A DNA stretch of 64,000 bases from Polymyxa betae A26-41 (lineage: Eukaryota; Protista; Endomyxa: Phytomyxea), in contig RBZT01000832.1 in NCBI GenBank assembly GCA_003693705.1, positions 44,802 to 108,801 on the forward strand, in the 5' to 3' direction. How positions within the stretch are numbered: the first letter of the stretch is position 1; every line of letters starts with the position of its first letter. The translations under genes and the position numbers were made by a program. Shown piece by piece: positions 63,641-64,000 of the stretch. The notes under the pieces were generated by a model. It was not told where the DNA came from. It made no database searches and saw only the letters and a program-made list of their open reading frames with translations.

Positions 63641-64000
63641 CTAACCTCCGATCGGACCTGACTAAACTCCGTTAATCGGAATCTCTCCGAGTTCCGAGCT
63701 AACCTCCGATCTCAGTGATATATAAGGGCTTGTATCCATCTAATATATTCATTCTGCATTCATCATTGCAATCTTAACATCGAGATCTCAAAGTAGCGCT
63801 ATAAAGAATTCTTTACAGCTGTTTTCAAGCAATGGCTGGTGCAATCAACGACAAGCAGTCTGTGGATGAGAGCTCACTCTCAGATGTCGCGGTTCGTGTG
63901 GAGAATATGCACATTGAACCAGTACCATCTCCCGAACCTATACTTGGTGTTCAGGTCGATGAAAATGTTCACCAAGATGCGGAAGAACCAGAAGGTGGAC
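63617..64000 (+). mobile_element. Probable LTR (TG...CA, 63617-63779) followed by an ORF starting at 63832 (possible gag), runs off window
   Basis: TGTCAA...TTAACA imperfect terminal inverted repeat; internal direct repeat ctaacctccgat x2; TATATAA box at about 63719. It begins exactly where BTB homology stops. The ORF MAGAINDKQSVDE... stays open to the window end. Confidence 0.45.

Noticed and set aside
1-64000. Alternative genetic code or non-canonical introns to explain the fragmented ORFs
   Set aside because: In the genes I checked (PGK, AMPD, CCP1, PRMT, POC1, TRAX), standard GT-AG introns restore the conserved frames under the standard code.

Overview
This is a gene-dense eukaryotic nuclear region with short intergenic spaces and many small GT-AG introns (mostly about 45-60 nt), so most entries in the ORF track are exon fragments or spurious. 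About 30 genes can be reconstructed. Recognisable ones include ROMO1/MGR2, CCDC174, an OCA6-type phosphatase, IQCH, an S9A oligopeptidase, POC1, CDK5RAP3, SLC25A38, Ac45/ATP6AP1, a DUS, AMP deaminase, CCP1/AGTPBP1, an SH3-PRMT2, TRIM37, PGK, a bromodomain-PHD protein, THOC1, an LhgO/L2HGDH, TRAX, an SLC19 carrier and a TMX-like thioredoxin. Centriole and flagellar genes together with the compact architecture suggest a zoospore-forming protist, plausibly a phytomyxid (Spongospora/Plasmodiophora relative); this is inference only. The most notable observations are: (i) a long tail-anchored coiled-coil protein carrying a Sec16-type C-terminal motif without the Sec16 core, (ii) an animal-type SH3-PRMT2, (iii) a lineage-specific intronless BTB family with one frameshifted copy and one copy truncated by a probable LTR element, and (iv) a secreted protein with a GNAT-like signature. 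I found no rRNA, tRNA or CRISPR array. All family assignments come from remembered motifs, not database searches, and gene boundaries are approximate hand-made models.
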